The translations under genes and the position numbers were made by a program. A stretch of DNA of 64,000 nt. Source: Candidatus Kaiserbacteria bacterium. Lineage in GTDB: Bacteria > Patescibacteriota > Minisyncoccia > Phycocordibacterales > UBA2100. Location of the stretch: NCBI GenBank assembly GCA_016186765.1, contig JACPLD010000004.1, forward strand, positions 29,287 to 93,286, in the 5' to 3' direction. Shown one piece after another: positions 48,490 to 57,823 of the stretch; the stretch's first letter is position 1; each line of letters begins with the position of its first letter. Below the pieces are notes generated by a model, which was not told the DNA's origin, did no database searches, and saw nothing but the letters and a program-made list of their open reading frames with translations.

Positions 48490-49650
48490 CTATTTGGCCG
48501 TATCTTCAATAATATTCCATTCCTTTTTGCCAGCTCGACGAGCGACAAAGATGGCGGCGGCAGCGCCGAGCGATATGCTTGCCGCACCGAGCCACCACAC
48601 CCACGAACCTCGTGCTGATTCGCCGACCGCAGCCATCTGCGAGGAAGTTGCAACAGATTCAGCGACAACGTCCTCTTCTTTACCTTCGGCGACATTTGAC
48701 GACACGCCTTTTGATACGCTTTTTGTGGACGGTACAATCTCGACCTCTGGCGCAACCTCTAGCTGCGTTGGAGAAGACGCTACCGAAGGAGCAGGGAGGA
48801 CAGTGCGGTCCTTTTCCGCTCGAAACGCAAGCGAGCCGCTCGGATAGGCAAGCTCCGTCGATTCCGATGCAAAGAAATGCAGGGTAGTTGGTGAGACGCG
48901 CATTGTTTGCCCTGCAAGCACAAACGTGTTTTCAGGAAAGGTGAATCGCTGGCCTGATGATTGAATTAGCCAGCGCGAAAGGTCGATGTCACGTGCCCCG
49001 TCGTTTTTTATCTCCACGCTGCCGTCCTCTCCTACGCGTACGGAAAGCTGCGCTGCGTCTGCGGTGACGGTAAAGTGATCCGAGTCTGTCGTGTCGTCAT
49101 ACGAGCCAGTCACGATGACGGCATAGCGCCCTGCATATTCAAAACGGTGCATCACAGAGTTGCCCTGCGCCGTCGAGCCGTCGCCAAAATTCCACGTAAA
49201 TCCAGCATTTCCTACCGCTTCTTTCCCGCTGTATGCTCGAGCCGTGAACAGCACATCCGCTCCGACAATCACTGCACGGTCGCTACCGCCGTCGACGGAA
49301 AACCCAGACGAGGAGGTTGAGGGTTGTGGAGACGAAGCCCCCGCGCTTGGCGAGGGAGAAGGTGCGGGCGGGAGAGGGGCCGAGATTCCTCCCTGTACCG
49401 TGATATGGTCCTTGATGTTCTCGTATGTCGCGGGACCGATACCGCTCACGTTCTGGATGTCCTCTATCGAGGCGTACGGACCGTTCTCCGTGCGATAGTC
49501 GATGATCGCCTGTGCCTTCGCCGGACCTATTCCTGTGAGTGTCTCGAGCGCCGCCTTGTCCGCCGTGTTGATATTGATGTTGTGATCGGCAAACACGAAT
49601 GGTGCGATCAAGAACAGCGCGGCAAAAAGTGCGATATGTCGGCCATTCAT
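48490..49650 (-). CDS. ComEA-like helix-hairpin-helix DNA-binding protein with PKD and lamin-tail-like domains and a C-terminal TM anchor
   Basis: Signal peptide; ININTA...LTGIGPAKAQAII.YR..NG...VSGIG; WNFGDG; VEIKN...IDLSRW; WVWWLGAASISLGAAAAIFVARR. Confidence 0.85.
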   Translation of the reverse strand: MNGRHIALFAALFLIAPFVFADHNININTADKAALETLTGIGPAKAQAIIDYRTENGPYASIEDIQNVSGIGPATYENIKDHITVQGGISAPLPPAPSPSPSAGASSPQPSTSSSGFSVDGGSDRAVIVGADVLFTARAYSGKEAVGNAGFTWNFGDGSTAQGNSVMHRFEYAGRYAVIVTGSYDDTTDSDHFTVTADAAQLSVRVGEDGSVEIKNDGARDIDLSRWLIQSSGQRFTFPENTFVLAGQTMRVSPTTLHFFASESTELAYPSGSLAFRAEKDRTVLPAPSVASSPTQLEVAPEVEIVPSTKSVSKGVSSNVAEGKEEDVVAESVATSSQMAAVGESARGSWVWWLGAASISLGAAAAIFVARRAGKKEWNIIEDTAK

Positions 49651-49651
49651 G

Positions 49652-51451
49652 CTACGCCTCCCCTTTGAGTATCTTGAGAAGCTCTTCGTGCGTGACTTCT
49701 TCGGCTTCTTCGTTCTTCTCGTCGACATCCGGACGCGGCGGGACAGAACCAGTCGGAACAGGCCGTGTGCGTGTCCCTTGCTCGACTCGTTGCGCTTCGC
49801 TTTGAGAGCTACTCTGGGCTGGACTCATACTGCCGGGAGCGACACGCGCCTTGCGTGCAAGGCGCTCGCGGAGTATATCCGCAGGCGATCTCATGGGGAC
49901 GAGGGCGCGCTGCTCTCCGCGGGGTGCAGCAGCGACAATGGCAGCCCGCAGCGCGCTTCGCTCTCCTTCAGCGAAAGGATGCTCTCGAATGTTCGGACGC
50001 ACGGGGTTCTGCGATGATACAAACGCTCTCCTTTCCCGATCACCGCGCTGAGAACTTTGAGGCGCATTGCCCGCTCTCCCGCCCCGGTTGGTATCCGGTC
50101 GACGTGTAAATGCGTCACTTACCCGAGGAGCCTTCGACGGCGGAGCGAAATCTTTTTGTCGCTTCGCGACAAGCGCCTCTATCTCCCCTCTCGGGCGCGA
50201 ATACTGTGCGCGTGAATAGCGGACGACATCGTCGCGGTACGAGATGGACGGCGCATCGATCGGCGGCAACGTTTCCGCGGAAAATGGTGCGGAACCCACG
50301 CCATCAATCATGAGGGTGAGGTAGATCTGTCCAATACCTAAGCCCACGAGGTCTTGCACCATGAAGGTGGGTTCAAAGACCGTCTTCAACACCTCTGCAT
50401 CGAAAGGCCCAACGCGAAAACACACGAGCGTGCCTACGTTGCCGAAGACGGCGTCGCGCACTTTCTCTTCCATCTGCTCGATGTACTGGTTTGCGAGGGT
50501 GAGCGCGAGCTTGTACTTGCGCGATTCCGACAAAATATCGGCAAACGCCTCGTTCATCATCGACTGGAACTCGTCAACGTAGAAGTAGAAGCGCGGCAGC
50601 TCCCGCATGCGCACTGCAGGTTCGTCGGCGCGCGACATCGCGGCAAGGTATATCTTCACGACAAGCATGCTGCCGAGAAGTGCCGCGTTTGTCTCTCCCA
50701 TACGCCCCTTTGAGAGGTTGACTATGAATATCTTCTTCTCGTCCATAATTTTCCGTATGTCGAACGAGGAGCGGGCTTGTCCAACGATGTTGCGGATCAG
50801 CGGATTGCTGGTGAACTGTCCGACCTTGTTCTGGATCGCGGGTGTCGCTTCACGCGTGTACGTATCGGTATATGTCGCGAATTCTTCCGTCCAGAACGAA
50901 CGGACCACGGGGTCGGTGATCTTCTCGACAACGGCGGTGCGGAATGTTTTGTTCGTGAGCATGCGATTCACGTCGAGGAGTGTTGAGTCCGGGTACTCAA
51001 GAAGCGCAAGCAGTGTATTTTGCAAAATGTATTCCATGCGTGCGCTCCACATATCGACCCAAATACGCTTGAACGCACCAATAAGACCCGATACAACGAG
51101 GTGCCGCTTGTCGTAGCCCACGTCCTCCATCACGTTAAAGCCGATCGGATGGTCGGTGTCGAAGGGCGCGATGTAGAGCACATCCTTGATCCGCTCGTGC
51201 GGGACAAAATCGAGGAGACGCTCGGCGGCGGCTCCGTGCGGATCGATAAAGGCGACGCCTTCGCCATTTTGGATGTCCTGGATCGCCATATTCTCGAGCA
51301 TAGTCGACTTGCCCATGCCTGTTTTTCCGATGATGTAGACGTGCTTGCCACGGTCGGCAGCGCGTATACCAAACATCTCGCGCTTCCCGCGCGTGTGCGT
51401 CGCCGCAAAATAGGTAACGCGACGTTCATCGTCCTCTCGATTGGGAGGCAT
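49652..51451 (-). CDS. VirB4/VirD4(TrwB)-like ATPase, stand-alone
   Basis: Walker A GKTGMGKST, IDPHG, Walker B YVDEFQ, SESRKY, ANQY, FGNVG; low-complexity C-terminal tail. Confidence 0.88.
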   Translation of the reverse strand: MPPNREDDERRVTYFAATHTRGKREMFGIRAADRGKHVYIIGKTGMGKSTMLENMAIQDIQNGEGVAFIDPHGAAAERLLDFVPHERIKDVLYIAPFDTDHPIGFNVMEDVGYDKRHLVVSGLIGAFKRIWVDMWSARMEYILQNTLLALLEYPDSTLLDVNRMLTNKTFRTAVVEKITDPVVRSFWTEEFATYTDTYTREATPAIQNKVGQFTSNPLIRNIVGQARSSFDIRKIMDEKKIFIVNLSKGRMGETNAALLGSMLVVKIYLAAMSRADEPAVRMRELPRFYFYVDEFQSMMNEAFADILSESRKYKLALTLANQYIEQMEEKVRDAVFGNVGTLVCFRVGPFDAEVLKTVFEPTFMVQDLVGLGIGQIYLTLMIDGVGSAPFSAETLPPIDAPSISYRDDVVRYSRAQYSRPRGEIEALVAKRQKDFAPPSKAPRVSDAFTRRPDTNRGGRAGNAPQSSQRGDRERRAFVSSQNPVRPNIREHPFAEGERSALRAAIVAAAPRGEQRALVPMRSPADILRERLARKARVAPGSMSPAQSSSQSEAQRVEQGTRTRPVPTGSVPPRPDVDEKNEEAEEVTHEELLKILKGEA

Positions 51452-51459
51452 GAAGAAAG

Positions 51460-51499
51460 TATACCCCATGAGATGACGCAGGCTATCTCACGGGGTATA
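51460..51499. repeat. ~40-bp palindromic repeat, copy 2, upstream of the ATPase start
   Basis: TATACCCCATGAGAT-GACGCAGGCT-ATCTCACGGGGTATA. Confidence 0.9.
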
Positions 51500-51516
51500 G
51501 CAAAAAATGCCTTGTG

Positions 51517-51741
51517 TTAGGAGTCTCCAGCTGACTCCGTTTTTCTCTTTTTCCGACCTATCTCCTCCTGCTTTTTGACGAAATCTTCGATGTCACTTTC
51601 GGAGAGGTCGGGAGGCAGCTTTGTTACCTCTGGCTGCGGCTCTGTATGAACCACTTCTGCAACTTCAGGACCATGCTCAATCTCGTGTTGCGTGTCAGTC
51701 CGTCCGGCTTTCTTTTCAGGAAGTCTCTCCTTCTCTAACAT
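51517..51741 (-). CDS. Small charged hypothetical protein
   Basis: 74-aa ORF starting 4 nt after the upstream stop, fills the gap. Confidence 0.5.
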   Translation of the reverse strand: MLEKERLPEKKAGRTDTQHEIEHGPEVAEVVHTEPQPEVTKLPPDLSESDIEDFVKKQEEIGRKKRKTESAGDS

Positions 51742-51744
51742 ACC

Positions 51745-52956
51745 TTACTCGGATTGTAGCACCTGTCTAAGGCTCGTATATCGATTGGCAGGGTCCCAGA
51801 AAAACCACGAAGTGAGGCCGGCGTCGTAGGTCGCCTGTATCTGTGCACGAGCGTCTTCGGGCAGGTAATCTTTGCCGTAATCGAAATCCTGGAGCCACGG
51901 GCGGAGTTTCAAGGGAGAATAGGAGGGTTTTTCATACAGTGCGGGCGTGGAAGTGCCGATGCGCGCGTATGCGAACGAACCGATGGGAGTTGTGGTCGAG
52001 ATAGCGCGTCGCACTGCTTCACTCATCGAGTAATTCACAACGCGATATGGATCGTTGTTGGGATTTCCGAGCCCCAAGAAACTTTTTGGATAGTGTGAAG
52101 GATAGACCATCGGCGCGATATAGTCGAAATAGGCAAAAGCGCGCTCAAGCTGCTGGCCAATATTAAGATCGTCGATATTCGTCGTCGTCATGCCGAAGAG
52201 ATCGACGGACATAACGACACCCGATGGGTCAAGCTGCGCATGCAGGTACTGGAAAAATCGCTCCAGATCGCCGGCGTGATCTTTTGTCGGGTAGACGATG
52301 TCAGACATCGGACCGTCGGAAGGCCAGCGGACGTAGTCGTAATTCAACTCGTCGAAACCGAGCGCATGCGACTCTCTCGAAAGCTCGACAATGTATTCCC
52401 AGAACGGCTGACTACTTACCGCGACGAATGAAAGTCCCTTGAAATCCTTCCACGGCTCGCCGGGATGGCTACGACTTTGCACCGATTGCTCCGGATGGTT
52501 CTTCGCATAGAAGGGATCCTGAAAAACAGTGATGCGTCCGATGACATAAATGCCTTTCCCGTGAAGCGTCTCGATGAAATCCTTCATGTCGTCGGCGCCG
52601 CACGTTTCGGAAACCGAGCCGGCAAGCGCCGGATTGTCGGTCGGGAACGAGGTCTTGCCCGCATAATCTTTGATATCGATAACGACTGCGTTGAGCTTCG
52701 TCGTATCAATCAGCTCAACGAGCGAGTTGCGCAAGCTTGGTGTCCCGACCACGCACTGCGTCATGTAAATAGCGTACTGCGGCTCAGGTGTGGGGAGGTG
52801 CATAACCTGCGGCTCTTTTTCAAGGAGAGGTAGAGTGGATGTCGCCCCGAGACGAATGAAGGAAACACTGGGAGCGGAAGCAAGCGCAGCGGCGCCTGCA
52901 ACACCGACCACAACGAATGCGGCCGAGGCTACAAAGCCGAAGCTAGAGCGGATCAT
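51745..52956 (-). CDS. Putative glycoside hydrolase (DUF4015-like TIM barrel), exported
   Basis: NAVVIDIKD, IGRITVFQDP, GFDELNYDYVRWPSDG, IGQ, PMVYPSHY, RPWLQDF, WDPANRY. Confidence 0.8.
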   Translation of the reverse strand: MIRSSFGFVASAAFVVVGVAGAAALASAPSVSFIRLGATSTLPLLEKEPQVMHLPTPEPQYAIYMTQCVVGTPSLRNSLVELIDTTKLNAVVIDIKDYAGKTSFPTDNPALAGSVSETCGADDMKDFIETLHGKGIYVIGRITVFQDPFYAKNHPEQSVQSRSHPGEPWKDFKGLSFVAVSSQPFWEYIVELSRESHALGFDELNYDYVRWPSDGPMSDIVYPTKDHAGDLERFFQYLHAQLDPSGVVMSVDLFGMTTTNIDDLNIGQQLERAFAYFDYIAPMVYPSHYPKSFLGLGNPNNDPYRVVNYSMSEAVRRAISTTTPIGSFAYARIGTSTPALYEKPSYSPLKLRPWLQDFDYGKDYLPEDARAQIQATYDAGLTSWFFWDPANRYTSLRQVLQSE

Positions 52957-53167
52957 GGGTGCCCTCGCGGGGTGTATTTTCTACAAACGCTTCGCCACTG
53001 CTTCGCTTCAACGTGGAACCAAGGCGACGGCGGAGTACGATGCCGAGACCTACAAGAGCCATACCTACGAGGAACAAAAGCACCGTATCCCAGCTGTTCG
53101 GCAACCCCAAAAAGGGCAAAACTGCAACAAATGCCCCGGCAAGCATGACGAGCGCGTCGAGGGTCAT
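52943..53167 (-). CDS. Small 2-TM membrane protein
   Basis: Hydrophobic helices around LPFLGLPNSWD; TATACT 8 nt before ATG. Confidence 0.65.
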   Translation of the reverse strand: MTLDALVMLAGAFVAVLPFLGLPNSWDTVLLFLVGMALVGLGIVLRRRLGSTLKRSSGEAFVENTPREGTHDPL

Positions 53168-53222
53168 ACGGAAGAAGTATACAGCATTGAGTATTGTGTA
53201 TGGAGTATGAAAGCCAGGAAAA

Positions 53223-53897
53223 CTATGGGTCAACAATAACAACAAATTCGCCCCGGTCTTTGTGCGCTGTTTTGATTTGTCGAGCTAACTCCGAAGCAGT
53301 TCCCAAGAGCACTTCTTCATGCATCTTCGTGAGTTCGCGGGCAACTATAATAGTACGTTTCGATATCACTCTCTCGAGCTCTTGAAGCAACTTCATGATC
53401 CGATGCGGAGATTCGTAGAGAACAACCGGCATCTCACTTATCGCAATACGCTTGAGAGACGTTTGCCTTCCCTTTTTGTGCGGTAGAAAGCCGAGAAACA
53501 GAAACTGGTCTGCACGTATGCCGGCGATCGAAAGCGCTGCCGTGAGAGCGGAGGCTCCGGGAACCGTTTCTATTGTTGCACCCGGAAGCTCTTCGCGCAC
53601 GCGCGAAACCAGCCGCGCGCCGGGATCCGAGATGCCGGGCGTGCCTGCATCGCTGACGTACACTACGTGTTCACCCGCTTTGAGTCGAGCGACGACTTCG
53701 TCAGCTTTCTTCGCTTCGACAGCCGCGTCGAGACGAAATATGGGCTTACGAAGTCCATAGTGGTTGAGCAATTTTAAGGTGACACGAGTATCCTCAGCGT
53801 AGACAACGTTGCACTCCTTCAAATTCCAGAGCGCTCGAAACGTGAGATCTCCAAAGTTCCCTATAGGTGTTGCGACAACAGAAAGTTTGCCTGCCAT
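53223..53897 (-). CDS. rsmI: 16S rRNA (cytidine1402-2'-O)-methyltransferase
   Basis: VATPIGN..D, AEDTR, SDAGTPGISDPG, PGASA, GFLP, YESPHR, ARELTKMHEE. Confidence 0.95.
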   Translation of the reverse strand: MAGKLSVVATPIGNFGDLTFRALWNLKECNVVYAEDTRVTLKLLNHYGLRKPIFRLDAAVEAKKADEVVARLKAGEHVVYVSDAGTPGISDPGARLVSRVREELPGATIETVPGASALTAALSIAGIRADQFLFLGFLPHKKGRQTSLKRIAISEMPVVLYESPHRIMKLLQELERVISKRTIIVARELTKMHEEVLLGTASELARQIKTAHKDRGEFVVIVDP

Positions 53898-53975
53898 GCC
53901 GCAGACGCTATCATTGATTCAATAAAAAAGAAACGGTCTTTACACTTCGCCCGCTCGCTGTAGTAGAATCAGCAG

Positions 53976-54449
53976 ATGTATTTGATGAACTTGCTGAAGA
54001 GGACTCTCGGCTGGAAATTCGTCCGCTACGGGCTGGTGGGAATACTCAACATGCTCCTTAGCGTCGGCATCTTCAATTTTTTCATGTGGGTCTCCGGCAT
54101 CACACGCGGCATTGAGATTACGTTCTTCTCCGCCATCACCTTCGCGATCGTCGTGACACACTCGTTCTTCTGGAACAAATTTCTCGTGTTCAAAAGCCGC
54201 GGCGCCGGTCGCCCAGAATATGTAAAATTTTTTACGGTCTCGACCACCACTGCGCTCGTGAACGTCGGCATCATTTCCCTGCTCGTCAATGGCATCGGAG
54301 CGCCCCAAGGAATTGATCCACTCCTCTGGGCCAATATTGCAGTCTTTATAACGATTCCAGTCTCGGTGCTCGGCAACTTCACCGGATACGCGCTCCTCGT
54401 ATTCACACACAGAGCACCGATGCCGGAGAGCGAAAAAAGCGTTATCTGA
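53976..54449 (+). CDS. GtrA-family membrane protein
   Basis: FVRYGLVG, SFFWNKFLVF, NF.GY..LVF; 4 TM. Confidence 0.85.
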   Translation: MYLMNLLKRTLGWKFVRYGLVGILNMLLSVGIFNFFMWVSGITRGIEITFFSAITFAIVVTHSFFWNKFLVFKSRGAGRPEYVKFFTVSTTTALVNVGIISLLVNGIGAPQGIDPLLWANIAVFITIPVSVLGNFTGYALLVFTHRAPMPESEKSVI

Positions 54450-54924
54450 GAGCACGCGCGGGATTACCAAGAACCGTTGCGCCATCTGGCACGTCCTTCG
54501 TCACCACCGCTCCGGCGCCGACGAGGGCTCCTTCGCCGATCGTGATTCCCGGCAGAATCGTCGCGTTCGAACCAATGGAGGCGTGCTTCTTCACGAGCGT
54601 CGGGATAAGCTTCCAATCGCCTTCCTTCCTCTGCGAACCATCATCGTTGATGGCCCGCGGGTGCTTGTCATTGGTAAACATAACGCCATGCCCCACAAAA
54701 ACACCATCTTCGATGGTGACCCCCTCACAAATGAAGGCGTGCGAAGAGATCTTGCAATTCTTGCCGACCCTGACACCTCTCTGAATCTCTACGAACGCGC
54801 CAACCCTGCTGTTCTCGCCTATCTCGCACTCGTACGCATTCACGAAATCGAAAATGCGCACGTTCTCCCCAACGCGCACGTCACGCAAACTTTTTCTCTC
54901 GGACTGCTCGTTGATCGTTTTCAT
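54442..54924 (-). CDS. Hexapeptide-repeat N-acetyltransferase (WbpD/WlbB-like)
   Basis: CKISSHAFICEGVTIEDGVFVGHGVMFTND, ASIGSNATI, VGAGAVVTKDVP, GNPAR. Confidence 0.88.
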   Translation of the reverse strand: MKTINEQSERKSLRDVRVGENVRIFDFVNAYECEIGENSRVGAFVEIQRGVRVGKNCKISSHAFICEGVTIEDGVFVGHGVMFTNDKHPRAINDDGSQRKEGDWKLIPTLVKKHASIGSNATILPGITIGEGALVGAGAVVTKDVPDGATVLGNPARALR

Positions 54925-55649
54925 ACAGTCGCGGTTTTCTTCATACTTGACCTGAAACTTCGCACCACCCATATAAGCTTCGGCGTCTCCCGCAGTGCCC
55001 GAAAAATCGTCATGAGAGAGGCACCCTTGCTCTTACCCGATTGGCGTGGATGGTAGTAAGACAATACCTCCACGGGGCGCACTCCGCAAAGCAGGAGCTT
55101 CGCGCATATTTCACTCTCAACGAGTGAGCTCGAGAGCTCCCACGGAAGCTTCATGATCGCTTTCCTCTTATATATCTTCACCCAATTCACGTCCTTCAGT
55201 TGGATGCCATTGAAAATTTTGTTTACGAATTTGTTCGCCGCAGAAAGCGCACTACGGAATGTCGTGTATTGCACATTTTCCAGCCTATAGAACGAGACAA
55301 AAGTGCTGTCTTCGATGTCAAGATACGGCAATAATTCTCGCACGTCGAACTGGCCGTCTGCGGGAACCGCGCATACATTCTCGTTCCTCGCTCTCTTATA
55401 GCCATCAATGAGCGTCCGCCCAATGCCGAGATTCTTTTCGTGTCTGATGACTCGAATCACGTCCGGTCGGGCGCGCTCAAGCGCGACTATTTTCTCATAC
55501 GAGCCGTCCACAGAGCCATCGTCTACAACCAGCACCTCATACAAACTCTTTCTATGCTCGTCGAACAAACGGACGATGCGATTCAAGACTCCTTCGATTG
55601 CTCCAGCCTCGTTGAAGCAGAACACGACGATGGACCAACTTTGCTTCAT
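54921..55649 (-). CDS. Glycosyltransferase family 2 (polyprenol-phosphate sugar synthase-like)
   Basis: FNE, VDDGSVD, NLGIG, ADGQF, R..G.SK. Confidence 0.85.
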   Translation of the reverse strand: MKQSWSIVVFCFNEAGAIEGVLNRIVRLFDEHRKSLYEVLVVDDGSVDGSYEKIVALERARPDVIRVIRHEKNLGIGRTLIDGYKRARNENVCAVPADGQFDVRELLPYLDIEDSTFVSFYRLENVQYTTFRSALSAANKFVNKIFNGIQLKDVNWVKIYKRKAIMKLPWELSSSLVESEICAKLLLCGVRPVEVLSYYHPRQSGKSKGASLMTIFRALRETPKLIWVVRSFRSSMKKTATV

Positions 55650-56746
55650 GCGTATGAGTTGACGGCTTCGACGACACGCTCAATCTCCTGCTCCGTAAGC
55701 TCGGGAAAGAGCGGAAGCGACACGCAGTGATCGGCCACATATTCAGTATTGGGAAAGTCGTCCCGCTTATGCCCAAGCGAAGCGTACGCCTTTTGGAGAT
55801 GGCAGGGCGTTGGGTAGTGCATAGATGTATCGATCCCACGAGATTTCATATGCTCAATGAACGTCGGTCGGTTCTGCACCGTTACGACAAACAGGTGATA
55901 CGCAGGGGTCACGTTCTCGGGAATTGTTTGAAATGTTATTGCCGGATTCTCAATGCCTTCAACATACTTCTTCACGATCTCTGTTTTTCGCTTATTCCAC
56001 GCGTCGAGATGCTTGAGCTTGACGGAGAGGATGACCGCCTGAATGCCGTCCATGCGTTCGTTGTAACCGACCATCTCATGAACGTATTTTTCTCTCTCGC
56101 CGTGCGAGCGCAGCATTCTCACTTTCTCGGCAACATTCGCGTCGTTGGTGACGATCGCTCCCGCCTCGCCAACGGCACCGAGATTTTTGCCCGGATAGAA
56201 ACTAAAGCAGCCTACAGCTCCGATGCTGCCAACCATGGTGCCGTCATGGCGCGCCCCATGCGCCTGTGCACAATCTTCAAGCAGATACAGAGTGTGCTTT
56301 TTTGCGATTTTTTGCAAAGCGTCCATATCGCACGGCACACCGTATAAATGAACGCCGATAATCGCGCGGGTATTATTGGTAATCGCTTTCTCGACCGCGC
56401 GAGGATCGATCTCCCACGTGTCGGGAAGACAATCAGCGAACACGGGCTTTGCTCCGATATAAGAGATACCCCACGCGCTTGCAATAAATGTGTGTGCCGG
56501 CACGATGACCTCGTCTCCCGGTCCTACCCCGAGCGCAAGGAGAGCAAGGTGGAGTGCAGAGGTGCCGCTTCCACAGCCCCGCGCATACTTTGTGCCGCAG
56601 TATTCGGCGAACTGCTTTTCGAACACCTCGACGAATTCTCCGCCGGAAAACGCAGACTTTGCAATAACCGACTTGATTGCCGGCATGAGCTCGTCCTTTA
56701 GAGTCGCGTGCTGCCGCTTCAGATCAAAAAAGGGGACACGATCCAT
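55646..56746 (-). CDS. DegT-family aminotransferase (WbpE-like)
   Basis: VPFFDL, SGTSAL, VHLYG, EDCAQAHGA, FSFYPGKNLGA.GEAG, GYNERMD. Confidence 0.9.
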   Translation of the reverse strand: MDRVPFFDLKRQHATLKDELMPAIKSVIAKSAFSGGEFVEVFEKQFAEYCGTKYARGCGSGTSALHLALLALGVGPGDEVIVPAHTFIASAWGISYIGAKPVFADCLPDTWEIDPRAVEKAITNNTRAIIGVHLYGVPCDMDALQKIAKKHTLYLLEDCAQAHGARHDGTMVGSIGAVGCFSFYPGKNLGAVGEAGAIVTNDANVAEKVRMLRSHGEREKYVHEMVGYNERMDGIQAVILSVKLKHLDAWNKRKTEIVKKYVEGIENPAITFQTIPENVTPAYHLFVVTVQNRPTFIEHMKSRGIDTSMHYPTPCHLQKAYASLGHKRDDFPNTEYVADHCVSLPLFPELTEQEIERVVEAVNSYA

Positions 56747-56750
56747 ATGC

Positions 56751-57755
56751 TCACGAAAGTCGCACCTCCGCTCCGCCCTGCTTCAAAGAACGCTCGGCCG
56801 CATCGAGTATCCGCACTACATTCAAGCCAAAACGTGCATCCGAGCGCGGTTTCGAGCCCTTCGATATTGCACGAACAAAATCCTCAACGACTCCCTGCAG
56901 TGCTTCCTTATTGCCAACATTTGGTATGTGGATGTCCCCACTCCGATAATCCATGTACAATCGCCGCTTATCCTCATGGGTTCGCACGGTATAGCCTGCT
57001 TCGTACACTTTGACCTTTTCGATAGCCTCGGTGTCATCATAGGCGATCATCTTTTGGTCTCCCGAAATCAGTATTTGCCGTATCTTCACCGGCGAAACCC
57101 ACGATGTGCCCACGTGCGCTATCAGTCCGTCGTCATAGCGCAACGTCAAGTACGCAATATTTTCGACACCATTCTCCGTGTGCGAGACACCGATTGCATT
57201 TACAAGCGTCGGAATGCGTTCCGTGAGATAGAGTAGAATCGACAAATCATGAGGCGCGAGATCCCAGAGCACGTTCACGTCGCCCTGGAAGAGGCCGAGA
57301 TTGAATCTCGTCGAGCTAAAGCTCTGCAGCGTTCCTAGTTCCCCCGAATCAACAATCTTCTTTATCGTTTCGACAGCGCCGGTGTAGATGTAAGTGTGGT
57401 CGACCATCAGCACCAGTTTCTTTTTCTTCGCGATCGCGATAAGCTCTTCCGCACCATTCAGAGAATCCGCGAGTGGCTTTTCGACGAGCACATGCTTTCC
57501 TGCTTCGAGCGCCGCTTTGGCGAGCGGATAGTGTGTATGCACTGGCGTCGCAACGATGACTGCATCGATATCCCTATTTTCAACAACCTCGCTCGCATCA
57601 GTCGTCGTGCGGATCGTGGGATACATTTTTTTGAGCGCTGCAAGACGCTCAAGCTTCAGGTCAGCAACCACAGAGACATCCACGTCTGTATGGGAGATAA
57701 TATTGCGCAAGATATTCGGACCCCAGTATCCATATCCTATAAGCCCGATTCTCAT
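56751..57755 (-). CDS. Gfo/Idh/MocA oxidoreductase (WbpB-like)
   Basis: GYGYWGPN, ATP..TH, VEKP, WDLAPHD. Confidence 0.9.
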   Translation of the reverse strand: MRIGLIGYGYWGPNILRNIISHTDVDVSVVADLKLERLAALKKMYPTIRTTTDASEVVENRDIDAVIVATPVHTHYPLAKAALEAGKHVLVEKPLADSLNGAEELIAIAKKKKLVLMVDHTYIYTGAVETIKKIVDSGELGTLQSFSSTRFNLGLFQGDVNVLWDLAPHDLSILLYLTERIPTLVNAIGVSHTENGVENIAYLTLRYDDGLIAHVGTSWVSPVKIRQILISGDQKMIAYDDTEAIEKVKVYEAGYTVRTHEDKRRLYMDYRSGDIHIPNVGNKEALQGVVEDFVRAISKGSKPRSDARFGLNVVRILDAAERSLKQGGAEVRLS

Positions 57756-57784
57756 GGTGCGCACTGTATCACAAACTTGGCACT

Positions 57785-57813
57785 AGATGACGCAAGCTTT
57801 CGCGCGGGGTATA
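57785..57813. repeat. Partial third copy of the palindromic repeat, between divergent genes
   Basis: AGATGACGCAAGCTTTCGCGCGGGGTATA, 3 mismatches over 29 nt to the consensus of copies 1 and 2. Confidence 0.75.
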
Positions 57814-57823
57814 TTCAGGAGTA

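Noticed and set aside
49652-51451. Conjugative element or ICE
   Set aside because: No relaxase, integrase, other VirB genes or att repeats seen
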